Shown here: piece by piece, positions 63,291 through 64,000 of the stretch | Layout: every line of letters begins with the position of its first letter | Numbering within the stretch: the stretch's first letter is position 1 | Assembly (NCBI RefSeq): GCF_964204645.1 | Contig: NC_134025.1 | Span: 21,365,101-21,429,100 of the forward strand | From: Tubulanus polymorphus | Lineage: Eukaryota > Animalia > Nemertea | Reading direction: 5' to 3' | Length of the DNA stretch: 64,000 bases | Made by a program: the position numbers and the translations under genes | The notes under the pieces: generated by a model | Told to the model about the DNA's origin: nothing | The model's database searches: none | What the model saw: only the letters and a program-made list of their open reading frames with translations

Positions 63291-64000
63291 TCCTCCACCA
63301 GTACTCATATAGAGTTAAGGTCAAACGGGAGTCTCAGACTCAAACATAATCAATAGTTTATGAGATGATTTAACGCACTTGGTTATTGTAGTTCATCGAA
63401 TCAAAAGCTTCGTTGAAGACATCGAATCATAGTACTTTTTAAAATTGTAAATGAAGAATATTAGATTACTTAATTTCACACTGTCCACCAGCTTAGTATA
63501 TATCATTAATTAGATCAAAGCAAAACTATTTTGGTCAACTACTTTTAAGTACTTTTTTTGTGATATATGCATCTATAATTTTTCTGCATGTTTCCATCTG
63601 GCATATTTCTTCTGGAATTTCTTCCTGGTATCATTATCGCGTTCCAAGGCGCCCGTGATATACACTCAACCCTTCACATCAGTCTCGCCCACACTAAGTC
63701 ATACCGTAGACTCGAAAATCACAACAAGCCAGTGAGAAAATTAGGGATTTATGTAGTTGAAAAGTAGAAAGTATCCAAATCATTCTAATCACATACGTCT
63801 GTACCTCTAGTTACTTCTGATGCATTGTCAATTGAATTTCTTTTTAAATTAGAATTAGAATTCTCCAAGACTGCCCAGAGCACAAACACAAAACCACACA
63901 TCGTAGTATCAAAAATGCATACATGTGGAAGTATCTATAAGATACGGAGGCGTCCAACATCATTTAGGTATAATGAAAATTTGATTTCATGTCGAGAGTG

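Overview
AT-rich, intron-containing animal DNA; the gene families suggest a marine invertebrate such as a lophotrochozoan, but the species cannot be determined from this window. The backbone is a minus-strand tandem cluster of multi-exon secreted CAP/CRISP-like genes (signal peptide, RVKR propeptide, CAP, Cys-rich hinge, ShKT modules): three full-length copies, one shortened copy, one pseudogene and two fragments. Single-exon class A GPCRs (two intact, one broken) are interleaved, and one tRNA-Arg(TCT) gene is present. Two young LTR elements stand out. (1) A 10.8 kb Ty3/Gypsy element (7276-18088) carries gag, pol with a chromodomain, an F-type env with retrovirus-like splice signals, a structured in-frame gag/pol stop junction and an apparent spliced antisense accessory gene. 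(2) A 1.83 kb mini LTR element (22342-24167) has symmetric non-canonical TTTA...TAAA ends, a PBS, a PPT and a 4-bp TSD, and encodes one intact 294-aa protein with no recognisable gag or pol motifs. Penelope-type minimal hammerhead ribozyme motifs, LINE fragments, many MITEs and tandem arrays fill the rest. All calls were made by eye without database searches; exon coordinates marked ~ are approximate.
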